The position numbers were made by a program, and so were the translations under genes. From the NCBI GenBank assembly GCA_001662655.1, contig KV460208.1: a stretch of DNA of 64,000 bases, one strand, 5' to 3'. The stretch is from Pseudogymnoascus verrucosus. Taxonomy: Eukaryota. Shown here piece after piece: positions 49,375-60,997 of the stretch. Positions within the stretch are counted from its first letter, which is position 1. Each line of letters opens with the position of its first letter. The notes under the pieces are model-generated. The model had not been told where the DNA came from and searched no databases. It saw only the letters and a list, made by a program, of their open reading frames with translations.

Positions 49375-51172
49375 CTACTCCCTCCTCACCTTTCCCACCC
49401 CAAGCACAACCCAAAACCCCAACTCCCTCTTCACCTTCGCCCCCTCCCCTCCATCCTTCTCCTCCCCTCCCTCCGCCTCCCACTCCACCCTAACCCTAAC
49501 TGGAATCTCCAGCGCCTCCTCCTCCTCCTCTTCATCGTCCCCAACCTCACTCCTCGCGTCCCGAAACCCCTCCTCAACCCCCGGCACAACCTCAACAACA
49601 ACACCCACCGCGTTCCGAGCCCGCTCATACACCTTCCCCGCCTCTCCTTCTCCAGTTCCCGCTTTCGCCTCACCCCCACCGAGTGCTTCGTCTAACATAT
49701 CCGCGTATGCCTCCCTACTCGCTCCGACCTCAAACTGCGGACACAGAAGCGTAACCCCATGCGCCACACGCCCCGGCGTCTTAGCCGCCGCAGCGAGAGT
49801 GACGCGCACGCGCTCGTACAGGGGATTCCGCACCGTCAACACAAACTGGTGCGTCGTCCCCGGCTGCAAAAGTTGCGTCGCGCCTGCCACAGCAGCGGGT
49901 GCGGAGGGGGTAGGAAGAGGCCTGATGGAAAAGGTAGGAATGTAAGATGCAGCCAGCATCTTCATCCTAAAGCGCGAGGTCTGCACTTTAGCTTCGGGGC
50001 GCACGACGATGTGTTTACACGTGCGACACCGCTTTGTGCGTTTCGTGCGGAGGAGGTAGGGCGAGGGGCGGAGTTCAGAGGTAGAGTGGATGTCGCATGT
50101 TGGAAAAGGCTGTGCGGCGCGCTGCTCGGTGGAGGGTGTACCTGCCCAGCCTTCTTTGCGGAGTTTGAGGATGGTGGCGGCTTCGGAGGCAGGGTCGGGG
50201 ATGGGATGCAGGCCCTCTGAGGTGTTCAGGGCTTCGCGGATCTGGGTCATGCGTTTTTGTGGCGTGGGAGAGGAGTAGGAGGTGTAGAGGTTCATGATTC
50301 GGGAGAGCGCGTTGGGGGACGCGTAGCTGTAGTCGTTTGTGAATGCAGAGCGCTCCGCGGAGCCATGAGACGACATTTGGTTCTGGTAAAAGGCGCGGAG
50401 GTTGGCGAAGCGGGCTTCGGGTGTGGGATCTGTGTCTTCCTCCTCATCGACCTCGGATTCGGGAGTGTCGTGTTCGGCGACTTTGGAGAGTGTGGAGCGC
50501 CGCTCTCCCGGGCGGCGATCGGTGGCGTCTTTCCCGAGGGCGCGTTCTTTGGGGGGCGTGATGACTTGGCCGCCGTTGCGGATGCGGGAGAGTTGGCTGT
50601 AGATGCCGTTGGGTCGGTCGAATTGGATGCCGATTTCGGATGAGGACCAGGAGCAGGAGGCGCAGGAGAGGACCCAATGTGAGGAGTCGGCGCCGCCGAG
50701 GAGGGTGTTGGAGGCCGCTTGGCCGGTTAGAGATAGGGGCGCGATGCAGATTGGACATTGGAAGCAGGATCGTGTGCATCTATAAAGTTCAGGTGGTTAG
50801 ATATAGGTTCAAACGGACGCGTGGGGGATGGAAGTGTGGGATATGGCAAACATACCTATTGCCCTCGCTCTTCACAGTACTGCTGGGCACCTCAAACAAG
50901 CAGTTCGGACAGAACCACGTCACTATCTCGTCAACTAGACATCTTTGGCATCGAATCTGCGCGCAAATCTCGCAGTAAAGCAGGTGATCGATGGGGTATA
51001 AGCTGTAGTTGGCGCGTGGATTGTGCGGGTCGAAGTCGTCGTCTTCCTCTGCCCTCTCCTCAGAGGAATCGACAAAGTCCTCATCGTCCTGGCGATCTTC
51101 CCTATCGCCATCATGATGCGTGTCTCTCGTACAGGGGCATTGAATGTACGTGTATGGTATCGCGGCCGCCAT
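49375..51172 (-). CDS. DCTN4: Dynactin p62 subunit (DCTN4 / Neurospora RO-2 family); 2 exons
   Basis: PYTYIQCPC, FDPHNPRANYSLYP, CPNCLFEVPSSTVKSEGNR/CTRSCFQCPIC, LLRTKRTKRCRTCKH, ELGFWVVLGVG. Confidence 0.92.
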
Positions 51173-51655
51173 CGTTGGTGGTTATGTTGCGAGGTTGAGG
51201 GACGAGGCTGTGATTATTTTTAGGTGGGCTAGCGTTTGGGTACGGAACCTGGGGAAGCTTTGTCCGACGTCACAGCGATTTCAGGGGTAACTTTAGGCGA
51301 CGAACAGGAGTGGTGTGGTAGTGCTGTACTATCACAAATCCTAATGTTATAGTACTGTTGTGTCAATAATGTTTAATCTGTCTCGGTCGTCCGGAGATGG
51401 ACCCATGTCGTTATCCTCCAAGCTACGCCGTTTACACCCCAAGTAATATATAATCTGCAGCCATTTCTTCTTTTCCATAGTGCGTATCGCTATATTATAG
51501 TGATGCTTCTCGGAAGCTGTGCCACCGAGATTGAAACCACGATGGCTAAGAGATGATCTTCCCCGCATTATGCCTTTTAAGAATAAAGCAGGCCCATCGG
51601 CATCGGTGAGGCTCGCACCTGGCATAGGGACCTGACTACGCAGTGCTGAGACATC

Positions 51656-53102
51656 ATGTGGATTTCCAAGTCGTGGGCTGTTTCATTGTGCTGCTTGAGT
51701 AGCTTCGTGTCAGCTACTATCCTACAAAATGGTCAAGTCCGAGTGACTGATTATCCTAACACTGTCACGGAGGCGAGCTCCCATAATTGGAGAACTTATC
51801 CTGCTAATGCAGCTGAATTAAGTTATAAGGGACGCTGGGACGATGATCATATCTCCTGGTGGTCGTAAGTTCACCCCCTCACCCTCAAGGTCTTAAAAGA
51901 GTAGGAGCCGTTACTAACATCTACTATAGTGTACCTGGTTTAAAATTCGGATTTACCGGAAAAGAGGTTGCAATTACCTTTGGGCCTCATACGTCGAACG
52001 GAGTGCTTGTTGCATATCGGATCAATGGCGAGGACTGGCAGTTCAGCAACATCACCACCAATGCCACCCATCTTCTCATTTCGCCAAGCACAGAGGGAGT
52101 CGACCTGACTTCCCCAATCAGCCCGTCTACGTTTGAGCTCCGCGTCACAAACTGGGCATATGGCGTGCAAGTCAAATCAGTCCACGTAGCGGCTGGCGCC
52201 TCCCTCATCAAGTTGAAAGACTACAACCGCAGGATCGAGGTTATCGGCGACTCGCTTTCCTCAGGCATGTACGGCACTTATGAAGGCCTGTCTTCCTACG
52301 CCTATGGTCTAGCTGCCGGCCTCGGCGACACGGAGTACTCGGTCACGGCTTACCCTGGAATCTGCGTCACGGACCAGGAGTGCTGGGGAAACCCTCGTGG
52401 ACAGACATACCAATGGTATCGCACGTCAGATACCGGCGGACGAGCAACTAACATCTACGGAACCAACCCGCCGCTCTGGGACTTCTCGAAGCATCCAGCT
52501 GCGGACATCGTCGTGATCAATCTCGGCACAAATGATAACAACACCGCCAACAATGTCACCAATGAAGACTACTACAACAGCTATATCGAGCTTGTCGAGG
52601 GCGTGCACAACGTGTGGCCAAAAGCCCAGATTATCATAAGCGTAACCCAACCCCCCCCTCTCCCTCCCTAAAAACACTCCTCGGATCTCTTTGCTTACTT
52701 CTCCCACAACAGGCCCTCTGGAACGGCTTCGGCAAGTCCGGCAACACCTACATCCAAGGCCCCGCCTTTGTCACCGAGATCTGGGACGTATACAAGCACT
52801 TCAACAGCGCCTCATACCTCTCGAGCCAACACACCTGTCCGCCCCGCAACCCCCTAAAATGGTGGCTGCCGCCCTGTAAGCCGGGCCGCCCTAATGCGCC
52901 CTTCGTGCACTACTTCAACACGACTGGGATCCTGCAGCATAATGATATTGGGCCGCTGTGGCACCCGACGGATGTGGGGTATATTAAGGTTGCGAGTCAT
53001 CTTATGCAGTATATTAATCTTAAGTTTGGGTGGGAGTTGAGGGCGACGGGGCCGGAGGTGTTTCATGATACGCTGTATTGGAATGACCAGGATAGCTATT
53101 AG
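51656..53102 (+). CDS. Secreted SGNH/GDSL hydrolase (CE2-like esterase); 3 exons
   Basis: Signal peptide; YKGRWD, IEVIGDSLSSG, AYPGIC, VVINLGTND, DIGPLWHPTD. Confidence 0.88.
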
Positions 53103-53320
53103 AGGTATGACGGCGTATGGATACTATAAGTTGGACACTATAAGTTGAATATAAGTTAGATATTATAAACGCCCAAAGCCGTTTGTAGCACTCCACAGGG
53201 GTTTATCTGCACTTCACGATCCATGGCACTAGCAGATCAATCTCACACTAATATCATTTTCGTATACAAATCCGGGCTACTCCCTATCTCCCCGCCCCTC
53301 GCTAGCAAATCCCAACCCAT

Positions 53321-53490
53321 CTAGGCACCAAAAACCTCCTCATAACCCGTCAACGTAAAACGGTAACGCACATCACTGTTGTGCAGCCTCGCCAGCGACG
53401 CCCTCAAGTTATCAGGGCTAATCTTAACCTCCTCAACCCAGCTCTCAATCTTCTTATCCGCAGCCAACTGCAACATGTTAAAGATTTCGA
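53321..53490 (-). pseudogene. 3' stub of an NADP-dependent (Adh6/7-like, CAD family) alcohol dehydrogenase
   Basis: EIFNMLQLAADKKIESWVEEVKIS...LARLHNSDVRYRFTLTGYEEVFGA* is a typical C-terminus. Everything upstream is missing. Confidence 0.8.
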
Positions 53491-53499
53491 GGATAGTTA

Positions 53500-55474
53500 C
53501 GCAAGACCAAGATGAAGGAGGAAGACATGCCCCGACTTGTGATAGACCTGTCAAAGGAAGAGTTCAAGTTAATCTAACCTCACCTCGCTTTCTTAGACAA
53601 ATATCTTACATTGCGATCATACATCGACGGTTACACCCTCAGTCAAGCTGATTCGACACTGTGGGTTGCGCAGGCCTTACTGAAGAGGGCGAATTTTGTA
53701 AATGTGAATCGTTGGTTTGCATTCGTTAAGCAGTCGTATCCCGAACTCCAGGAAGAGTTCATCGCGAAGGATGACGCGGCAAAGGCGAAGAGGGCTGCTC
53801 AAAGTAGGGATACTGCTAGCTACAGTATCGCTCTCCAAGATGCTGAGATGGGAAAAGTTGTCACAAGATTTCCTCCCGAACCATCGTATGTCTCCTTATT
53901 TAATACCTGATACCTAGCACCTAGTTCCCAGGGCCATTTCTGACTTTACATAGTGGATACCTTCACATTGGCCATGCGAAGGCTGCCTTGCTAAATGATT
54001 ACTTCGCTCACGACTGAGCCTGAAATTCTTGTTTCTCCTTCGTAGAGTTCGTATCATCGAATCGAAATAGGAGGGTACCTTTATATAGGATCTGGATCTT
54101 TTGGGCATCAAACCGGACAAGACGAGTTATACGAGCGATCACTTCCAGGCCCTGTACGAGTACTGTGTCCGAATGATCAAAGAAGACAACGCATACGCAG
54201 ACGATACTGACCAGAATACCATGAGGGACGAGAGAATGACTGGCAAGGCGAGCGCACGGAGTAACAGGACCGTCGAGGAGAACATCGCCATTTTTGAAGG
54301 GATGATTACTGGAACACAGGTAGAGAATTGCATTCGCGCAAAGATATCTATAGACAATCCAAACAAGGCGACGCGGGATCCGGTCATTTACCGCTGCAAT
54401 CATACACCTCATAACCGCACTGGTACTTTGTGGAAGGCATATCCAACCTACGATTTTGCTTGCCCTCTCGTCGACTCTCCCGAAGGCGTAACCCATGCAC
54501 TCAGAACCACCGAGTTTGCCGACCGTAACCCACAATATCAGTGGTTTATAGATTGCTTCAACCTTCGTAGAGTGCATATATGGGATTTCGCTCGCTTGGA
54601 CTTCAAGCGAACATTCTTGTCGAAGCGGAAGTTGACCAAGTTAGTAGATGCCGGTAGAGTGTCAGGGTGGGACGACCCTCGTATGCCGACGATTCGCGGT
54701 GTTCTGAGAAGAGGGATAACCATCGCAGCACTACGGGATTTTATTCTGAAGCAAGGTCCTAGTCGAAACGTCACTCTCATGGATTGGCCAATCTTCTGGA
54801 ATATTAACAAGAAGGAAATCGACTCAATTGCTCCTCGACATACTGCTGTTGACCAACAAAAGACTGTCATAGCTACAATTATCAAACGAGGTCCGGAGAA
54901 AGCATATACGGAAGAGAGGCCAAGACACAACAAGAACTCTACTTTAGGGACGAAGAAAGTTGCCTACAGCCGCCAACTAATTCTTGATCAGGAGGACGCC
55001 AAGCTATTCAAGCAGGACGAGGAGATCACTCTCATGGCTTGGGGTAACGCAATCGTTCGGAAGATCAATCGCTTCTCACTGGACTATCGTTCCCCCGTTA
55101 TAGACATCGAGCTCGAACTTCACCTCAAAGGTGATGTCAAGAAGACTGAGAAAAAGATCACATGGCTCTCAACTGAGGGTCAAAGTCTCATCCCAGCGGA
55201 GTTGGTGGATTTCGATTATCTACTGACAAAGGACAAGCTAGACGAAGATGATAACTGGGAAGATTTCTTAACCGAGGAGACCGAGTTTTGGACTGCCGCC
55301 TTTTGTGATGCTAACTTGGCCACTTGCAGGATGGGTGACATCATCCAGCTTGAGCGGAAGGGCTATTTCAGAGTTGACGCGCCGTACAAGGATGGCAAGG
55401 CGGCAGTGCTATTCAACATTCCCATCGGAAAGACTGGGTATTTGACTAGCTGTCTACGTTTATCACATGGTTAA
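53500..55474 (+). pseudogene. GUS1: Disrupted cytosolic-type glutamyl-tRNA synthetase copy
   Basis: GST-like remnant LDKYLTLRSYIDGY; VVTRFPPEPS/GYLHIGHAKA (HIGH), RDPVIYR, YPTYDFACP, LSKRKL, GWDDPRMPT. 5'-truncated, TAA at 53575, 74-bp inversion at 54015-54088. Confidence 0.9.
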
Positions 55475-55597
55475 ATGGCAATTTATCTGGCCTCGAACTA
55501 CATCTGCGCCAACAGCGATAGACCGGTCCTCGTATCGAACATTACCTGCTCTGGCCTGTTCAGTGTTAGTTATAACCTAGGCTTCCGTCTTTGCATG

Positions 55598-55795
55598 GTC
55601 GTTCCTTCTCTCTAGAGCCGGTCGTTCTTTCTTTACTCGGTTGTTCCTTTCCTTATTGAAATATTCGTTCTTTCTTTATATAATGGGGTTACTAGGTCGT
55701 GCCTTCCATTTTTAATACTTTTATCTAGCCAGTCTTTCCTTCAATAGTTAGTCGTTCTTTCCCCGCCTTTCCCCCTAGTGGCTAGTCGTTCCTTC
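55598..55795 (+). repeat. Cluster of ~8 degenerate GTCGTTCCTTC motifs
   Basis: Copies at ~55598, 55621, 55640, 55665, 55696, 55732, 55751 and 55785, mostly C/T variants. Confidence 0.75.
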
Positions 55796-56671
55796 TATCT
55801 TTAGACGTTTATTGCCTTACCATCTAATGTACCTGCCTCGCACCCTTGCCGTATTAAGTTACTATCCTTGCGGTTGTAATCCAGCCCGAAACACTCGTTA
55901 AAAGTGAGGATGTTGAGAAACAAGCCGGTCCGCATACAGTGGGAGCTCTGCAGGGGGAATACGGTGCGAATGGATGCCTAATGCTCTGTAGTGAGATAAA
56001 CTAGTCAGATATTTTGTCTTTTAAGGAGCGAAAGGAGAGGAGGACCAACACTGAGACTATACGCTACCCTATGCCGGTACAGCGTTTCTGAGCTGCACAG
56101 CGCAGCTGACAATAGCATATAGAAGTGCAATTTTATGTATAAAATGCAGCACATCAATGTCAAATTATGGCTATCTTGAAGAGTATAATCACTCTGAGAA
56201 TTTCGCGCACGATCTCGCTTTATATCCCATTTCCATTACCTAGCATGCCCCAAACATGCGAGGACATTGAAAATTAAACAAAACCCCTCATTCAATCTAT
56301 CATCGTACAATGTAAAATATGCGACTAATTAATTATATACCTACAACCGAAAAGTTTGACCGAGCTTAAAATCAAAACACGCAGAATAAACAGTTAATCC
56401 GGCTATGATGTACCGTCGGCAGATTCGGATAAGGTCCCGATTTTCAGTAGAAAGTTAGCATGCGGATCCAGACAAGGTGGATTAGATCCTAGAGCGACTA
56501 AGCTAATAACTTCAGGCAGTGCAAGTGGATGGACTGGAGCAACTACATGCGTTTCTGGGTTGTGTTGCAACTTCTCCAATGATTGGTATTCTCACTGTCG
56601 TCCATCCACCTGACGCGGAAGTGGAGGCAATCTAATTAATTTAACTTCCTGTTACAGTCAATGCATATTGC

Positions 56672-56694
56672 TTTAGCCGGTGGGGAAGGCTAAA
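56672..56694. promoter_or_regulatory. Paired XlnR/Xyr1-type sites (GGCTAAA) flanking a CreA-type site (GTGGGG)
   Basis: TTTAGCC-GGTGGGGAA-GGCTAAA, ~570 bp upstream of the acetylxylan esterase ATG. Confidence 0.6.
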
Positions 56695-56789
56695 TTGTCA
56701 AATCTCGGTTTTTAAACCACAACGGCAATCTATTACTTTCTACTTTAAATGCGCTGTGCGTAGTATCCTTCGTTTGTCACCACCGTTTA

Positions 56790-56838
56790 AATGCGGGGTG
56801 GAGGCCCGGCTTGGCTCTTGAGATCTGAGCCCCGCATT
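56790..56838. promoter_or_regulatory. Inverted pair of CreA-type sites (SYGGRG)
   Basis: AATGCGGGG ... CCCCGCATT, a 9-bp inverted repeat, with an additional GTGGAG. Confidence 0.5.
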
Positions 56839-57266
56839 AAACTACAGGATCATCTTAGCCTGTTGTTCCTGCTTTCTCTAATCGGCTCTCCGATTCTCCA
56901 ATAGGTTGGATTAATTAAGGTAGCTTCCGAAACCCCCCTTTCCTAGTCGTGATAAGGTTAACTTGGCGTCAGCAGGTATACATGGCCACTTTGTTCCAGC
57001 TCTTCATACGATAACCCATAGCTGATGCATACATTTTCTGTAGCCAATGTGATTATACGCCCATTTTTTCACCCCAATGTTTCATTATGAGTAGCTCGGG
57101 CGAAGGGGAAGGGCACCATCGTGCCATAGTTCAATATTATTGGGGCCTGCTCACGCAGAAGAGTATTAAGTATAAGTGATGACTTACCCTCCCTTTTCAT
57201 AGATATTTTTTCTGCAGTGCAGTAATTGTCATCCATACTGAAAGTGCGACATAATTATTAGCAAAA

Positions 57267-58552
57267 ATGCGCTTCCTTTCAGCAGTAGCGGCATCATTTG
57301 CCTTGGGGGGAGTTGCCAATGCTCTCACTTCCTCTCTACAACAAGTCACTGGCTTCACCTCGACTCCCACGGGAGCTAAGATGTATATCTACGTTCCGAC
57401 GACAAAGAAAACATTGGCACCAATCGTCGTAGCTATTCACTACTGTCAGGGAACAGCACAGGCATACTTCTCTGGATCCCAGTATGCCAACTATGCTGAT
57501 ACCTATGGCTACATTGTTATATACCCCAATTCGCCTTCTAGTGGCGGCTGCTGGGATGTAGCTTCAACTGCATCTCTTACCCACAACGGCGGCGGCGACA
57601 GCCAGACGATCGTAAATATGGTTAATTACGCCGTGAGCCATTATGGTGGTGATGCAAGCCGAGTTTATGTCACTGGAAGTAGTTCAGGCGCAATGATGAC
57701 CAATGTTCTCGCTGGTGCATACCCCGATGTCTTCAAAGCCGGCAGCGCATACTCTGGAGTCCCAGACGGATGTTTCTACGTCGCAGGATCGACTGCAAAT
57801 ATGGCGACTCCGGGTTGGAACAACCAATGTGCAAATGGACAGCTAGTGAAGACTGCCCAACAGTGGGGAGATCAAGTACGAGGCTATTACCCTGGATATA
57901 CGGGTCCAAGGCCCAAGATGTTACTGTATGTGTATCCTGGGTTTAAGCATATAATATTCAAGCTCAAATACTGACGGACACTTCACAGCTGGCACGGAAC
58001 TGCTGACTCCATTCTACTCTATCCCAACCTTGCTGAAGAGCTTAAGGAATGGTCAAATGTTCTTGGCGTCTCCCAAACGCAAAGTATTGCCAACAATCCG
58101 CAATCAGGATATACCAAGTTGGTATACGGCGATGGCTCAACTCTTGTCGGCTACTCTGCCCAAGGCGTGGGACACACTGTTCCCATCCACGAGACTGTTG
58201 ACTTGGCTTGGTTCTGCATTTCTACTACCTGCGCCGATACCCCTCCGCCTGTAAGCTCGACGGGTTCAACTGGCCCGACAAGTGTAGCCACAACTAGCCC
58301 ACCAGCTGCTACGACAAGCTCGACCCCACCATCGGGAGGAACTATAGCTCATTGGGGGCAATGGTAAATTCATTGATTTCTATTGCGGAGTTAAGTGCTA
58401 ACATATAACAGCGCTGGAATTGGATGGACAGGCTCGGGAACTTGTGAAGCAGGGACAACTTGCAAATACTCGAACGACTGGTATTCTCAGGTATGTCGCA
58501 ACTTTTTTCAAGTACTTACGAATACAAGCTGACAAAATCCCAGTGCTTGTAA
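57267..58552 (+). CDS. axe1: CE1 acetylxylan esterase with Ser/Thr linker and C-terminal CBM1 (4 exons)
   Basis: Signal peptide; IVVAIHYC, CWDV, GGGDS, VYVTGSSSGAMMT, WHGTAD, GVGHTVP; CBM1 HWGQCAGIGWTGSGTC...C...NDWYSQCL*. Confidence 0.93.
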
Positions 58553-59411
58553 GAAGAGCCTTTGACAAGATGTTAAATATCACGGTGCATAATGCGGACT
58601 TGAGTGTTGTCTATACGGAGCGTAACCTGGCTTGCACCCTGATTATGACATATTTGCAGAAAGTCGAGCAAGACCCAAATGATTCGTTCGTTGGTATGCT
58701 GCGAAATGGATAAGCAGTTCAGGATAATGGCCAAATCTTCTTCGGGGTCTATCAATCGCCAACACCTCGTAGACATTGTTTCCCTTCACTACTGTTAAGC
58801 AGTTCAATTATAAATAGGCGACATTTAAAATCTATCTAACCTTTGATCTATTCTCGTTCTTTGAGCTTCCGGCGACAGAATAGTTTTCCATAGGCCATCT
58901 GAGATATGCCTGCCTTGGATGCTGTTTGTTCCTGAAATGGAGTCACTAAAAACGTTGTTGCAACAACTCCCGTGCCCATAAGGATATCGACGTCACAGAA
59001 AGGGATGGGATAGGGACTGGGATAGGGACAGGAAGGGATATGGATGGATTGGTGGGTGATACGGGGGAGTATTTTTTATTATCTTGTAGGATTTCCAAAT
59101 GGTTCCTTCTCATCGTGGATTGAGAGTATCAAGCCATTGAATTATAAGCATGTGTATGGTAGAGTGGACGGGATGCCCAATTCTCTTGAGTCTATGGACG
59201 TATGTGATTGCTCTTTGAGTATGGCACAATATAAGGGGTAAAGAGGCTCTCGAATTGAGAATTGTATTTTGCCATCTGGATATTCTCTACTTTGCATGTC
59301 TCTCTCCGGCATTGAGTCCGAAAGATTCAGTTCTGAGCGCATCATCCGGCTCCCTCGACCTCTTACTCAATATAACATACGCCTCTCGCTCTTTCTCACA
59401 TCGACAGACCA

Positions 59412-59505
59412 ATCGTGCCTTCCATACTTTAGCAGGCTAGTCGTTCCTTCCGCTCTCACGAGTAGCTAGTCTAGTCGCTCGTTTACCCCTTCATCGCGCC
59501 TTCCT
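59412..59505 (+). repeat. Second cluster of the TCGTKCCTTC motif
   Basis: Shares exact GGCTAGTCGTTCCTTC (59435-59450 = 55780-55795) and TCGTGCCTTCCAT (59413-59425 = 55697-55709). Confidence 0.7.
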
Positions 59506-59910
59506 TCGCCCTCAATTTTTGTAACCTAGCTGCTGAGCGTGAAAACCAGCGGGACAGGAAGAGCTTATCAAAAGTTATCGCACTAGACCTTCATCATCCA
59601 TCAACATGGCAGGCCCAACAAAGTCTCGCTACGCGGGCGACGTAGACAACCAGCTATATATGCATAGCATTAACGTGAAAAGGAAAAAAAGGTACGCAAC
59701 AGCCGATGAGGCTGCGTAACAACCACAACTATCCAACCAACTAGCAAAGAGGTGGAAGCATAGCCCAGTATTGTAGAACATGATTTCATTCGGTGGAGCT
59801 CTATCAAGGCGTACCTACCAAAAACCATCCCGTCGCCATAGCCCTGCCATGTCATGAATCCCCACCCCTATATCTAGCGCCGAAACTCCACAAAAAGCAC
59901 CACCAACCCC

Positions 59911-60708
59911 TCACTCATCATCCGCCGGCATCTCATCATCAATGTACCGTATCAGCGATATCCGCATCTCCGTCGTATCATTCCCCTTCAGCACGTCGCT
60001 TATAAAATGAGCCTCGACCTGCATCTGTACCATCTCCAGAGCGCCCCTCAGTACCCCGCAGAAGATATTCGAGAACCAGAGCTCCTCCTGCGCGCGCCCG
60101 TCGTCGGGTAACTCCACAAAGTCCGCCAGCGGATTCTCCTCGAAGATCAGCGAGAATTGCTTGCTGTCTGTCGTCCAGTTTGTCACTGTCGGTGTGATAT
60201 TGAGGAAGATCTTGAAGCCGACCTGGAGGGGTGTGAGTAGGTGTCCAAAATCATGTAGGGGTCCGGCAAGTGGGGGTAGTGGTGGTGCACCTTTGAGATC
60301 ATGTCGGCTGTCTCTTTGAAGTTCGAACACCTGCGCATCGAATTCGATTTTGCTAGGTAGTCCTCGATAAGGCGCAGTCCAATGTTGTAGCCCATCTTGT
60401 CTAGTTGCTTGTTCACTTCGACGTAGTCCCCCTCATAGTCGCGGCATAGCTGCGCAACAATTGTGCCGTATGTGAGGGTAACAAGCTCGGCATTGACTTT
60501 ATCTATACGGCTCCTGTATTGAATCAGTATATAGAATCGCATACGGTATGTGAAGCTCGGCGGTAATGGGCCGTTGCTTTCACAGTTCAAGGAGTTGAAG
60601 ACTCACTTCCACACCCTACTCGAGGATTAGCATCGTATATTCGGGTCAACTGTAGGATTGCATGATTGCTTACTCTTCGCCAACTCTTGCAGCTTTGTTG
60701 GACGCCAT
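59911..60708 (-). CDS. BET3: TRAPP complex subunit Bet3 (4 exons, including a 9-nt microexon at 60607-60615)
   Basis: [69 protein letters not shown]. Confidence 0.96.
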
Positions 60709-60997
60709 CGTTGGTGCAAGTACCTCGTGCGTACGTCAAAGGGTTATATCAAAGATTGAGACGTTGTCAGTAGCGTGGGCAACTACTGTAGCTGTCCGCC
60801 TCGTTGGCGCGGCTGAAGCCCCATCAAAGCAACCCGGCTACTAAAGTTACTAGCGCGAATCTGGGACTTTCGTGGGTTCTCAAAATTGTTGCGCCTCACG
60901 CAAGGTAGCCAATACTCCAGAACAAACGACCCTCACGCAACAACTTTCTCCAACTCCTCCAAACTCCCGCGACTTCTCAATCTTCTGCACTGAAAAC

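Noticed and set aside
49487..49500. ACCCTAACCCTAAC telomere or telomerase-template-like sequence
   Set aside because: Only ~2 units and lies inside dynactin p62 coding sequence (VRVRV).
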